DNA of 64,000 bases, from the IMG/VR virus record IMGVR_UViG_3300049596_000679, positions 21,941 through 85,940 of that record; one strand, given 5' to 3'. Below are positions 21,235-30,124 of this stretch, one piece after another. The number at the start of each line of letters is the position of its first letter. Position 1 is the first letter of the stretch. The notes under the pieces were generated by a model. It had not been told where the DNA came from. It saw only the letters and a list, made by a program, of their open reading frames with translations, and searched no databases. The position numbers were made by a program, and so were the translations under genes. The DNA comes from a virus (lineage: Duplodnaviria > Caudoviricetes).

Positions 21235-21681
21235 ATGGGAAGTGTAATTGATTATATTGAATGTCCAAATTGTAAACAAGAAGCGTTTAGTGACTTCTAT
21301 TACAAAACAGGTGAAGATTATATAAATTGTAGTAATTGTGGGTACCATTATGCTCAAACATTAAAAAGAGATGAGGATGGGAAATTTGTAACCAAAGATG
21401 GTACTGATAATTATAACTTTGATAATCTTATCATGGAAGTTTCGGAACTTAAAAACCCGTTTGGTTCGTATCGTTTAAAAGTTTATCAATCACCAGCAAC
21501 TCAAGTTGGGTCATTTGAAACTGAGGAACAATATAATGAGTTTAAGTTACAAATTGAAGGGGATATTGAAATTGAATTCTGTTCTGTGTCAAGATTTGTT
21601 GATGGTGAAATCAAAGTTGAAATGATAATTGATAATGGACCTAAGGTTGATTCTGCTGGATTTACAATTGAGGATCGTTAA
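21235..21681 (+). CDS. Zn-ribbon hypothetical protein
   Basis: CPNC and CSNCG. Confidence 0.65.
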   Translation: MGSVIDYIECPNCKQEAFSDFYYKTGEDYINCSNCGYHYAQTLKRDEDGKFVTKDGTDNYNFDNLIMEVSELKNPFGSYRLKVYQSPATQVGSFETEEQYNEFKLQIEGDIEIEFCSVSRFVDGEIKVEMIIDNGPKVDSAGFTIEDR

Positions 21682-21692
21682 TTTAAAAAAGA

Positions 21693-21724
21693 TTTGGCAG
21701 ATTGAAATAAAATACTTATATTTG
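21693..21724 (+). promoter_or_regulatory. Bacteroidota-type promoter (TTTG-N20-TATATTTG)
   Basis: Exact consensus match; no substantial ORF follows before the terminator. Confidence 0.7.
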
Positions 21725-21729
21725 TAAGA

Positions 21730-21870
21730 CAAACGAAAAGGGTTGAACCGAGATTACCCTTACAACTCGGCGGAATGAGACACGATGTTCTCTGGGTGAA
21801 AATCCTCAATCTTACTCGTGATGTAAGATGAAACTACACTCCCCCATTGGTACCAGTGGGGGTTTATTTT
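21730..21870 (+). ncRNA. Putative structured small RNA (pseudoknot plus hairpins)
   Basis: Has its own promoter and terminator. Crossed stems AAGGGT/ACCCTT and CCGAG/CTCGG, plus hairpin ATCTTAC/GTAAGAT. Confidence 0.5.
21841..21870. terminator. Intrinsic terminator
   Basis: cccccattggtaccagtggggg hairpin followed by tttatttt. Confidence 0.75.
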
Positions 21871-22283
21871 GCGGTAATAACTAGTTGACCTCTACCGACA
21901 TAAAAATCAGACTTCCGCATAACGGTTTTAATAATAAGATTAAATTCGTAAGGATTAATTTCTTCTATTAGAATTGGAATATTAAGTAGGGTTGATTCAT
22001 CTTTAATTACAAACTCAACACCATCATATAACTCACCAATGACAATATATTGTACTATATCGTCCTTTACCTTAGATACTGATTTTAATATATCATAATC
22101 TCTAATAGCATCACCACCTTCTGAAAAATGTCTAGATTTTTGTGATTCTGCGTGGGACTTCATTCCAGGTACCTTTCCACGTTGGTACCTTAAATTCATG
22201 GTGACAGTAAGGTTTGCTTTGATCTCAGCAATCTTCTTTTCTAAGATTAAAATTTTACGTATTGATTCTCTAAGTAATGACAT
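21864..22283 (-). CDS. Hypothetical late protein with LxE leader
   Basis: MSLLRESIRKILILE leader; reverse TATTTAT at 22290; SHA...RH and KTVMRK motifs. Confidence 0.6.
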   Translation of the reverse strand: MSLLRESIRKILILEKKIAEIKANLTVTMNLRYQRGKVPGMKSHAESQKSRHFSEGGDAIRDYDILKSVSKVKDDIVQYIVIGELYDGVEFVIKDESTLLNIPILIEEINPYEFNLIIKTVMRKSDFYVGRGQLVITAK

Positions 22284-22330
22284 AATTATATAAATACCTT
22301 ATATTGATATTTATAAATACAAACATTACT

Positions 22331-23485
22331 ATGAAAGAAAAATTTTTACCTTGGTTTTTATTATTTTGTGCTCTTGGTCTATCAGGAACTGCCGCTTATT
22401 ATAGTGTGGTAGGGTTATCAGTGGTATTTGTTGGGGTTGCGTTACCTGTAATCATTATGGGATCTTTTCTTGAGATATCTAAGATTGCAATTGCAACATA
22501 CTTACACGACAAGTGGAAAGAAACATACGGAGTCTTAAAGATATACCTTACAATTGCTCTTGTGACATTGTCTTTGATTACTTCACTTGGGATCTATGGT
22601 TTATTAAGTACTGGATTTCAAGGGAATATTGCAAAACTTGAGATTAATCAAAAAAAGATTGCAAATGTTGAAGTAAAGAAAACAAGATTTATTGAAATAA
22701 AAAACGAACAACAGAAAGAGAAAGATGTGTTAGATAAGGACATTTCAAAGTTACGTGATGGTTTATCTAATAATACAACAACACAATCTGTAGATAGAAA
22801 AACAGGTCAACTTATTACAAAGGCAAATAATGCTAACCGTAAATCATTTGAGGACCAATTAAAACTTACAACAGAAAATAGGGATAAAGTATCAACTCGG
22901 ATTGATGCTATGAATGATAGTATCACCAAATTGGATATTGAGATACTAAATATGGAATCTGCAGAACTTGAAGGAAGTGAATTAGGTTCTATTAAATATA
23001 TTAGTGAACTTTCAGGTTGGGATGTTAAAAAAGTGGCGAACCTTTTCATTTTACTTTTAATTTTTGTATTTGATCCGTTAGCAATTACATTAGTTATTGC
23101 GACTAACCAAGCATTTAAAAAAAATAAAAAAGAAAGTAGTACCATACATGATACCATACATGATACCATACATGATGAGGTTGAAGTTCCTGAAAATTTA
23201 TTATATGATTTAACCCCCCAAGCCGAACCAATTGTGGTTGAAAAAATTGTTGAGGTTATTAAGGAAGTGGAGAAGATTGTTGAGGTACCTGTTGAGGTTA
23301 TTAAGGAAGTAGAAAAAATTGTTGAAGTACCTGTAATAGTATATAGAGAACCATTAAATATTATTGAGGTAAATACTTGGGAACCTGAGATAATTGAAAC
23401 TAATGGTACGGGTGGTGAGTCAACAACTACCACAACAACTGATGATGGTATTAAAAGATTAGTTTATAAAAAGAACGATGAATGA
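22331..23485 (+). CDS. Multi-TM membrane protein with coiled coil and EKIVEVP repeats
   Basis: Three N-terminal hydrophobic helices, a coiled coil, and a further TM IFVFDPLAI. The ATG at 22331 follows TATTTAT at 22308. Confidence 0.7.
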   Translation: MKEKFLPWFLLFCALGLSGTAAYYSVVGLSVVFVGVALPVIIMGSFLEISKIAIATYLHDKWKETYGVLKIYLTIALVTLSLITSLGIYGLLSTGFQGNIAKLEINQKKIANVEVKKTRFIEIKNEQQKEKDVLDKDISKLRDGLSNNTTTQSVDRKTGQLITKANNANRKSFEDQLKLTTENRDKVSTRIDAMNDSITKLDIEILNMESAELEGSELGSIKYISELSGWDVKKVANLFILLLIFVFDPLAITLVIATNQAFKKNKKESSTIHDTIHDTIHDEVEVPENLLYDLTPQAEPIVVEKIVEVIKEVEKIVEVPVEVIKEVEKIVEVPVIVYREPLNIIEVNTWEPEIIETNGTGGESTTTTTTDDGIKRLVYKKNDE

Positions 23486-24080
23486 TGAAAACGTTATAAA
23501 ATTTGGAGACTTCAATTACGAAGGTGAGGAAAAAAATAAAAGTCAAATTATTTTATCACACACTTCAAGGGTTGCAACAGATTATATAAATGCGTTAAAA
23601 TATAGGTACGGTAAGAAATACAATAAAGTTCCTAATTATATAATCACTCGTGATGGTAAGATAATAGAACTATTGGAACCAAAAAAATACTCCAAATATA
23701 TAAATGATGAGAACATATCCAAGAAATCAATAACGGTTTCTTTGGAAAATTTAGGTTGGTTAGAAAAAGAACCATTAAAAAATAGATACATTAACTGGAT
23801 TGGTAATATTTATAATGGAAAGGCTTTTGAACGTAAGTGGAGAGATTACTTTTTATGGCAACCTTATACGGAAGTTCAAATTGATAGTACTATACTAATA
23901 TGTAAAAAACTAATGGAAGATTTTAACATTAGTAAAAAATGTGTGGGACATAACACTAAAGTAAATGGTGTGAATCAATTTGATGGTATTGTTACCAGAA
24001 GCAATTACACCACAGATGTTACGGATCTAAGTCCGGCATTTGATTTTGATTATTTTAAAAAAAATATAGAAGATGAATAG
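23478..24080 (+). CDS. N-acetylmuramoyl-L-alanine amidase-like (Amidase_2 fold), possibly inactive
   Basis: IILSHT, YIITRDGKI, SITVSLEN, YTEVQIDS and TDLSPAF. Confidence 0.7.
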   Translation: MNDENVIKFGDFNYEGEEKNKSQIILSHTSRVATDYINALKYRYGKKYNKVPNYIITRDGKIIELLEPKKYSKYINDENISKKSITVSLENLGWLEKEPLKNRYINWIGNIYNGKAFERKWRDYFLWQPYTEVQIDSTILICKKLMEDFNISKKCVGHNTKVNGVNQFDGIVTRSNYTTDVTDLSPAFDFDYFKKNIEDE

Positions 24081-24672
24081 ACACGATGAAATAAAAAATT
24101 TAATAGAGGCATCTAAAAAATTATTAAATAAAAATTTAATTACTGAGGATATTAACCATATCAGAAAAAATTACGGATTAATATTGGAACAAGGTGAGCA
24201 AGGACCAACCGAAGATCAACCTAAAAACTATGAGACCGCAGAAGATGGGATGGGAGATAAAGAAGAAAATACGGATGTTGTAAAAACTGACAAGTCAAAG
24301 GGTTATAGAATATCTGGTGGTATAATTGTTATTCATGGTAAAGATAAATCTGACTTACAATTAACTACTGACGATAAGAAGGCGTTCCAAGAAACTATGG
24401 ATGATTTTGTTACTGAGGTATCTGAAATTGTAGACTTTAATAAACTAAACCTATATTCAAACAATGTTGAGTGGTCAGGTAAGATTACTGAATTGGATGT
24501 TGAGTTTTTCTATTCAATTGGAGAAACAAATGGTATATACATAAACGGCACAATGACTAAGATTGATGACGATTATTTAGAATTCTTAAATAAGTTGAAA
24601 CAATACTATGAGAAATTCAAATCTAAATGGTCTAGAGTTATTGCATCAAGAAAGAAAACTCCTGAATCATGA
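24073..24672 (+). CDS. Hypothetical protein with LxE-rich N-terminus
   Basis: IKNLIE...NLITE...LILEQ. Confidence 0.6.
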   Translation: MNRHDEIKNLIEASKKLLNKNLITEDINHIRKNYGLILEQGEQGPTEDQPKNYETAEDGMGDKEENTDVVKTDKSKGYRISGGIIVIHGKDKSDLQLTTDDKKAFQETMDDFVTEVSEIVDFNKLNLYSNNVEWSGKITELDVEFFYSIGETNGIYINGTMTKIDDDYLEFLNKLKQYYEKFKSKWSRVIASRKKTPES

Positions 24673-25022
24673 GAAAGTTTTTAGATGATAATTTCAAGTA
24701 TATTTTAATTGGTATTGGAACGGTGGTATTATACATATTACTAATGGATCTAATGACACCATCAAACGGTATGACTAAAGAAGATCTAAAGAAAATAGAA
24801 CAAATAGATAAAGACATTAATTTGTTGATTGAAAGTCAAAAAAAATTAGACGAATCAATTAATGAGTATAAAAAAGAAATTGAGAAAATTGATTCAACAA
24901 TATCTAACATCAAAGTTAAAAAGGAAGTAGTAAATAATTACTACGAACAAAAAGGGAAAGAGATTAAAGATGCTAATGTTAAACAAGTTGATAGTTTATT
25001 AAGATCAAGATATAAATTTTAA
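24669..25022 (+). CDS. Spanin-like protein (N-terminal TM plus coiled coil)
   Basis: One TM helix then heptads; close to the amidase-like gene. Confidence 0.45.
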   Translation: MRKFLDDNFKYILIGIGTVVLYILLMDLMTPSNGMTKEDLKKIEQIDKDINLLIESQKKLDESINEYKKEIEKIDSTISNIKVKKEVVNNYYEQKGKEIKDANVKQVDSLLRSRYKF

Positions 25023-25024
25023 GT

Positions 25025-25435
25025 ATGAAAAATATAATATCAGTATTATTTCTTTTGGTGTCGTTGACATCATTTGGTCAAATCAAAAAAGTTGACACAA
25101 CTGAAATATGTTTACCTTATAGTGTTGGTAAACAAATTATGTTGGATCTAAATAGATTAGATTCCACAACTGCAATCCTTAAATTAACTGAAACTGAAGT
25201 TATTGAATTAAATAAAAAAATAGACGCTCAACAAGGAATTATTGGGAATTTAGAAGATAAAGTTAAGATAGTTGATACAATAGTTCAAAAAACTAATGAG
25301 AAATTTGATATCGTTGACAAAATAAATAAAGATTTAGTTACCGATAACAAAAAATTAAGAAGAAAGAATGTAATTATAGAAATAGTCTCAGGCATTTTAA
25401 TTGGAGCATTAACCTATCAAGTAGTAACACAATAA
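25025..25435 (+). CDS. Spanin-like protein (signal peptide, coiled coil, C-terminal TM)
   Basis: Hydrophobic segments at both termini. Confidence 0.45.
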   Translation: MKNIISVLFLLVSLTSFGQIKKVDTTEICLPYSVGKQIMLDLNRLDSTTAILKLTETEVIELNKKIDAQQGIIGNLEDKVKIVDTIVQKTNEKFDIVDKINKDLVTDNKKLRRKNVIIEIVSGILIGALTYQVVTQ

Positions 25436-25680
25436 TGGCATTATCACAAACAGATAAAAAAGAAATTGAAACTTTAATTCGAAAAGAAATGAAAGATTTT
25501 TTGGGATCTACTACTGCCAAACAATTTGAAGATAAATTAATTGAGAAAGTCTCTAAAGACATGAAAAGAGGTAAACTAGAAGGTGATATTAAAGATATCG
25601 TTGTGAAATCGTTCAGAGAATTTTTCACAATGATGTTCCACCAAAGAAGTTTCTGGGAATCTAAATTTAGAAGTTCATAA
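25435..25680 (+). CDS. Hypothetical protein
   Basis: Stop/start overlaps on both sides. Confidence 0.6.
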   Translation: MALSQTDKKEIETLIRKEMKDFLGSTTAKQFEDKLIEKVSKDMKRGKLEGDIKDIVVKSFREFFTMMFHQRSFWESKFRSS

Positions 25681-26456
25681 TGGAAGATATAACCGCAAAA
25701 ATTAGAGATATTATATCTAGTGAAACTTCGGGTAATGCTGAGGCTAGAACAAATGCGTTAAAGGGGTTAAAAAATGTTAAAGAAAATGATGAGGGGGAAA
25801 AAAGAAATGCTCCACAAGATTATTTAAAAGACCCAAATGGGTTAAAGTTGGTTTTTGAATTAGCAAAACAAAAAAAAACTAATAAGACGACAATAAGAAG
25901 AGAGATAAAGAAATTATTAAAAAATCCTGAAGAGATTAATTATTTTTTAAATTCAATACTTTCATTCGTTAAATCTAAAAAAGGTAACGATAAGGAAGAA
26001 ACTAAAGAAATGACAGGGTCAGGTAGTGCGGGTGGTTATTCTGCTCCGTTATTTGGTCGTGAAATGAAAGAAAGTGTTTGTAAGATTTGTGGTATGAAAA
26101 ACTGCAAATGTCAGGACAAAAAACATGGTAATACACCAAGAAGAGAAACAAAAGAAGCCACAGGATCGGCATCATCAGGTCAATACTCAGGACCCTCGAT
26201 ATGGGCAAAGTCAACCAACAAAAAAGATTGGGGACCAAAACGTAAAACACAAATACCTGGAGGTAAGTTTGTTCAAGTTAAGAAAAAATGTAAAAAGTTT
26301 CCTTACTGTAATCAGGGGGATATTAACGCACTTAGAATCTTTGAAAACGAGACTCTTTCGAAAGTAATAAACGATTTATCAGATAGATACCAAATTCATG
26401 AAGATTTCATAAAAGAAATAATCTTCAACGAAATGTCAAAAAGGAATTTAATGTGA
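25680..26456 (+). CDS. Hypothetical (putative head-associated) protein
   Basis: Duplicated ETKE[MA]TGS.S.G.YS.P motif, CKICG..CKC and KCKKFPYC. Confidence 0.6.
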   Translation: MEDITAKIRDIISSETSGNAEARTNALKGLKNVKENDEGEKRNAPQDYLKDPNGLKLVFELAKQKKTNKTTIRREIKKLLKNPEEINYFLNSILSFVKSKKGNDKEETKEMTGSGSAGGYSAPLFGREMKESVCKICGMKNCKCQDKKHGNTPRRETKEATGSASSGQYSGPSIWAKSTNKKDWGPKRKTQIPGGKFVQVKKKCKKFPYCNQGDINALRIFENETLSKVINDLSDRYQIHEDFIKEIIFNEMSKRNLM

Positions 26457-26478
26457 TATTTATTAAATAAAAATAACT

Positions 26479-28320
26479 ATGAACTATTATTTGAAAAATA
26501 AAATCCAAAAACTTATTAATGAAACTTTGGAGGACAAAGCGAATGAAGTGATGGAAAAATTAAAATTTAACAAACCTGGCAGTTCTTTTGATTATGTTGA
26601 AGAGGGAGAAATGTGTGAATCATGCGGCGGAGAAATGACAGAAGGTGAATGTATGGAATGTGGTAATATGTATGAAGGAGAAATGTGTGAATCATGTGGT
26701 GGAGAAATGACAGAAGGAGAAACGTGTGAATCATGTGGTGGAGAAATGAGAGAACAGAATCCAAAAAGGGATTGGGGTAGTGTAGGTACGGGAGCCGCTG
26801 CAGGAGGATTGTATGGTGCCTCGACAGGAGCGGCTATAGGATCTGTTGTACCTGTAGTTGGTACCGCAGTAGGTGCTGCATTAGGTGCTGCATTAGGTGC
26901 CGCAACAGGCGCCGCGGCAGGATTATTATACAGTTCTAAAGGTTCTTATGACGGTGTTAAAAAAATATTTGACGCTTGTAATAAAAGTGGTATGGGTAAA
27001 TCAACCATGAATGGAAGTACGTTAGATTCAATATCAAAAAGTCTTTACGATGCGGTTAGAGTATGGACCGGAACTGATGAAGACGCTATCAAAGACGCTC
27101 TAAGTCAACTTAAAACAATTCCTGACTTTTGTAGTGTTATTAAAAGATATGAGGAAAATTATCCTGGAGAAAATTTACTTGATGACTTAGACGGTGATAT
27201 TGATACTGATAGTGAGTGGAATGAATATGTTTATTTACCATTATTGGCAGCAAAAAGAAAATCTGAAGAACTTGGTAAAAAGTCAGGTGGATCAATAAGA
27301 GAAAATGACGAAATGGATTTTGAAACTCCTATAAGAGATGCTATTAGATCTCATAAAGGTAAATTTAGAACTCCTATGAGAGATGCTATAAGATCTAATA
27401 AAGGTAAATTTAAAACTCCTATGAGAGATGCTATGGCTATGAGATCTCGTAAAAACAGACATAATGATTTTGAAGATGACATGAACGAAGTTGAGTTGGA
27501 TGAAAAATTATACGGAAACCAAAAAAGAATTGATAAGAACCATAATGGAAGATTAGATTCGCAGGACTTCAAAATGTTAAGAAAAAAAGAAGATGTAAAT
27601 GAAAATGTGTTCTATGAATTAACAACTGCAGTAAATGGCAAAAGAGAAAAACTTTTATTTAATGAAAGTCAGTTTGAAGAAATGATTGAGAATATTGTTT
27701 TAAAAGAAGAAAGTAAATTCAATAAAGGTAAGACACCGGCTGGATATGCTGAATATGAAAGATCTATTAAAACGTCAAAAAAAAATGAAGAAGGTTATAT
27801 GAAAGATTTGTCCAAAAAAATGAAAGATTATTTGAAAGACGGATCTAAAGGTAAATATGAAATGTCACCAAAACATTTTCCAAAAGGAAATGGTGAATTA
27901 GAAGAAATGTCTAAAAAGGCTTATGTTGCTTCAGGAGCAATTGAGGATTATATTGATAACTTTACTGCCGCTGGTTTAGAAAACTTAGATTATGATGAAA
28001 TCCATCCTGATGAAGATTGGGTAACTGACAACGTTGTTGGGTCTTCAAGAACGGGTAATAATCCTGAATGGGCAAACGCAGTTGAGACACCAAATAACGA
28101 GAAGAGAAATAAGATTAGAAAAGATAATTTATTGGCTAAAATTAAACGTAAGGCTTACAATAAAGCGCCTCAACCTGTTGTTACTGACAAATCAGGTGAA
28201 AATGCGGGGGATAAAATTATGGCTAAGTTAGAATCTATTGACGAAAAGAAAAAACAAAAAATCAATGAGGACTATACACGTATTATGAGTTTAATGTCTT
28301 ATAAGAAAAACACTCAATAA
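26479..28320 (+). CDS. Multidomain late protein: LxE leader, CxxCG repeats, glycine zipper, annexin-like repeat, EF-hand-like loop
   Basis: EGEMCESCGG repeats; GAAAGGLYGASTGAAIG; LYDAVRVWTGTDEDAIKDAL...Y...Y..ENLLDDLDGD; DKNHNGRLDSQDF. Confidence 0.7.
   Translation: MNYYLKNKIQKLINETLEDKANEVMEKLKFNKPGSSFDYVEEGEMCESCGGEMTEGECMECGNMYEGEMCESCGGEMTEGETCESCGGEMREQNPKRDWGSVGTGAAAGGLYGASTGAAIGSVVPVVGTAVGAALGAALGAATGAAAGLLYSSKGSYDGVKKIFDACNKSGMGKSTMNGSTLDSISKSLYDAVRVWTGTDEDAIKDALSQLKTIPDFCSVIKRYEENYPGENLLDDLDGDIDTDSEWNEYVYLPLLAAKRKSEELGKKSGGSIRENDEMDFETPIRDAIRSHKGKFRTPMRDAIRSNKGKFKTPMRDAMAMRSRKNRHNDFEDDMNEVELDEKLYGNQKRIDKNHNGRLDSQDFKMLRKKEDVNENVFYELTTAVNGKREKLLFNESQFEEMIENIVLKEESKFNKGKTPAGYAEYERSIKTSKKNEEGYMKDLSKKMKDYLKDGSKGKYEMSPKHFPKGNGELEEMSKKAYVASGAIEDYIDNFTAAGLENLDYDEIHPDEDWVTDNVVGSSRTGNNPEWANAVETPNNEKRNKIRKDNLLAKIKRKAYNKAPQPVVTDKSGENAGDKIMAKLESIDEKKKQKINEDYTRIMSLMSYKKNTQ
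27324..27449 (+). repeat. 45-bp tandem coding repeat, about 2.7 copies (TPxRDAIRSxKGKFx)
   Basis: actcctat(a/g)agagatgctat... units are visible. Confidence 0.85.
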
Positions 28321-28368
28321 TTTACAATTACATAATTAGGTATTATCATTGTCCATAGGTATTAATCT

Positions 28369-28836
28369 ATGGACAATTTTTTTAACTACATATCAAAACA
28401 ATTAAAACAGGAGGATATTGAGATTTGGTTTAACATCAACAATATCATTCCTGAGAAGATGGAATTATATTACGATTTCTCTATATCCATACATAAATTA
28501 ATTCTAGATACTTATCTTGGTGATGACGATGGTTTTAATGAAACCAAAGTATCAATGACCGAAGAAGATAAGAATAAACACTTTGATTGGTGTTGGGATA
28601 AAACAATAGATAGTTTTAATTTGGAAAACATAACCTTCAACAAAAGGGGAGATCATTATGATCACTTCCAATCATTTTTTTCTGAAATATATTATAATCA
28701 GGTTGATAAAAAAATTAAAGATTCTATTAATGTTTTCTTTAGAGATGTGTTTGACTTAGAAAAACCATTTACCCAATCTGATTTAGATATGATACTTAAT
28801 ATTTACAGGAGTTTGGATAAAAATTTGGTGTTATAG
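28369..28836 (+). CDS. Hypothetical protein
   Basis: ORF after a TTTACA...TATCAT promoter-like site. Confidence 0.65.
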   Translation: MDNFFNYISKQLKQEDIEIWFNINNIIPEKMELYYDFSISIHKLILDTYLGDDDGFNETKVSMTEEDKNKHFDWCWDKTIDSFNLENITFNKRGDHYDHFQSFFSEIYYNQVDKKIKDSINVFFRDVFDLEKPFTQSDLDMILNIYRSLDKNLVL

Positions 28837-28838
28837 TA

Positions 28839-28867
28839 TTTACTAAGGTAAGTTAGTGGGGTATAAT
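28839..28867 (+). promoter_or_regulatory. sigma70-like promoter TTTACT-N17-TATAAT
   Basis: Canonical spacing, upstream of the Hc1-like gene. Confidence 0.55.
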
Positions 28868-28900
28868 TAAATTACATAAACAATAAAATACATTTAAAAA

Positions 28901-29074
28901 ATGGAAACGTTAGAACAAATTAAAACACTAGTTGAACTATTAAGTGCTGACACGACTAAGTTTTTTGCAGGAAATAAAAGTGCAGGAACAAGAGCAAGAA
29001 AAACATCTCAAGAATTAAAAGCATTATTGCAAACATTAAGAGGTGAAATCTTAGATTCTAAGAAAAATGACTAA
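28901..29074 (+). CDS. Histone H1-like Hc1-family protein (57 aa; not in the ORF track)
   Basis: METLEQIKTL...KFFAGNKSAGTRARKTSQELK; GNKxAGTRARK is the motif of Bacteroidota/Chlamydia Hc1. Confidence 0.8.
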   Translation: METLEQIKTLVELLSADTTKFFAGNKSAGTRARKTSQELKALLQTLRGEILDSKKND

Positions 29075-29261
29075 TATTGATACTTTATATCTTTTTATGT
29101 TCATTTTTTCAGCTCTCTCAGTTTTTAGAGTTGTTGTAAAATTTATATTTTCCCTATTACAAACTTTACCTGAAAGATTGGTGATGAGTAATAGGGAAAT
29201 ATTATTCCAAGGTGTTTCATTGTCTTATGTTATAACTTACACAATACAAAATTTTTTATGA
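29067..29261 (+). CDS. Small two-TM membrane protein
   Basis: Two hydrophobic segments. Confidence 0.55.
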   Translation: MTNIDTLYLFMFIFSALSVFRVVVKFIFSLLQTLPERLVMSNREILFQGVSLSYVITYTIQNFL

Positions 29262-29686
29262 GTTTTTTTACCGAATTTAATACTTTATCACCATACTTAC
29301 AATCCGTAAGAAAGTTGAAAACATACCTGTCATTTGACATACATTTTCCTAACACATGGAAAATACCAAAAAAGTTTGTTGATGAAGAAACGTTATTAGA
29401 AAATGAATCTACTGAAACAGGTAAAAGATTCTTTTCATTTGTTAGTACCTTTAATGAAAAAGAGGTTGAGAAGATTATTAACAATCTCAGAAACATTATT
29501 AAATATAATAAAGAAAGAGAGGAAAAGGATAAACTGTTCCAAACCAAAGTTAATGAGTTAAAATCTATTTTTGAAAAACAAAATTTAGATAATCTACAAG
29601 CATTAAAATTTGAAATTTCCGATGATCAAAAAATTGAATTAGAAGATGGAGAAGAAAATACAAACCCAGTTAGAAACTCAAATTGA
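29258..29686 (+). CDS. Hypothetical protein
   Basis: Operonic ORF. Confidence 0.65.
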   Translation: MSFFTEFNTLSPYLQSVRKLKTYLSFDIHFPNTWKIPKKFVDEETLLENESTETGKRFFSFVSTFNEKEVEKIINNLRNIIKYNKEREEKDKLFQTKVNELKSIFEKQNLDNLQALKFEISDDQKIELEDGEENTNPVRNSN

Positions 29687-29846
29687 GTGGTTAAATAATG
29701 AATTGGAAAAAGATAAGATTGAAGTTGAAAGAAATAAAAGTAAATTTATCAATCAAATCAAAAAATTAAAGAAAGAAGACATTGTAAAAGTCAATGTTGA
29801 GAAAATGACATTATGGAAGAGAATAAAGAAAGTATTGTTGGGATAA
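29646..29846 (+). CDS. Hypothetical protein
   Basis: Operonic ORF ending TLWKRIKKVLLG. Confidence 0.55.
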   Translation: MEKKIQTQLETQIEWLNNELEKDKIEVERNKSKFINQIKKLKKEDIVKVNVEKMTLWKRIKKVLLG

Positions 29847-30124
29847 TGGAAAAATTGGCAATGATTACAGATGCTACCCAATCTTTATTTCCCGATGGTA
29901 AAACGGCAATAGTATTTGAATTACCGGAAGTTGATTTTAAAGAAGTCCAAAAAAACTTTAGAGAAATTGATAGTAACTATACTAAATTTAAAATTGATCT
30001 TTCAGGTGTTGAGGTAATATTCATATTAGAGAATTCATATGAAGAAGAAAAACCAATTGAAGAACCTATTGTTGTTAAAAAAGAAGGGTTTATTAAAAGA
30101 TTAATAAAAAATTATTTAAAATAA
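29813..30124 (+). CDS. Hypothetical protein
   Basis: Operonic ORF. Confidence 0.6.
   Translation: MEENKESIVGIMEKLAMITDATQSLFPDGKTAIVFELPEVDFKEVQKNFREIDSNYTKFKIDLSGVEVIFILENSYEEEKPIEEPIVVKKEGFIKRLIKNYLK

Noticed and set aside
21765-21810. Canonical tRNA or tmRNA
   Set aside because: D- and T-arm-like words only; no anticodon arm, GTTC, acceptor stem or tag peptide.
22807-23433. 208-aa minus-strand ORF
   Set aside because: Antisense shadow of the repetitive membrane protein.
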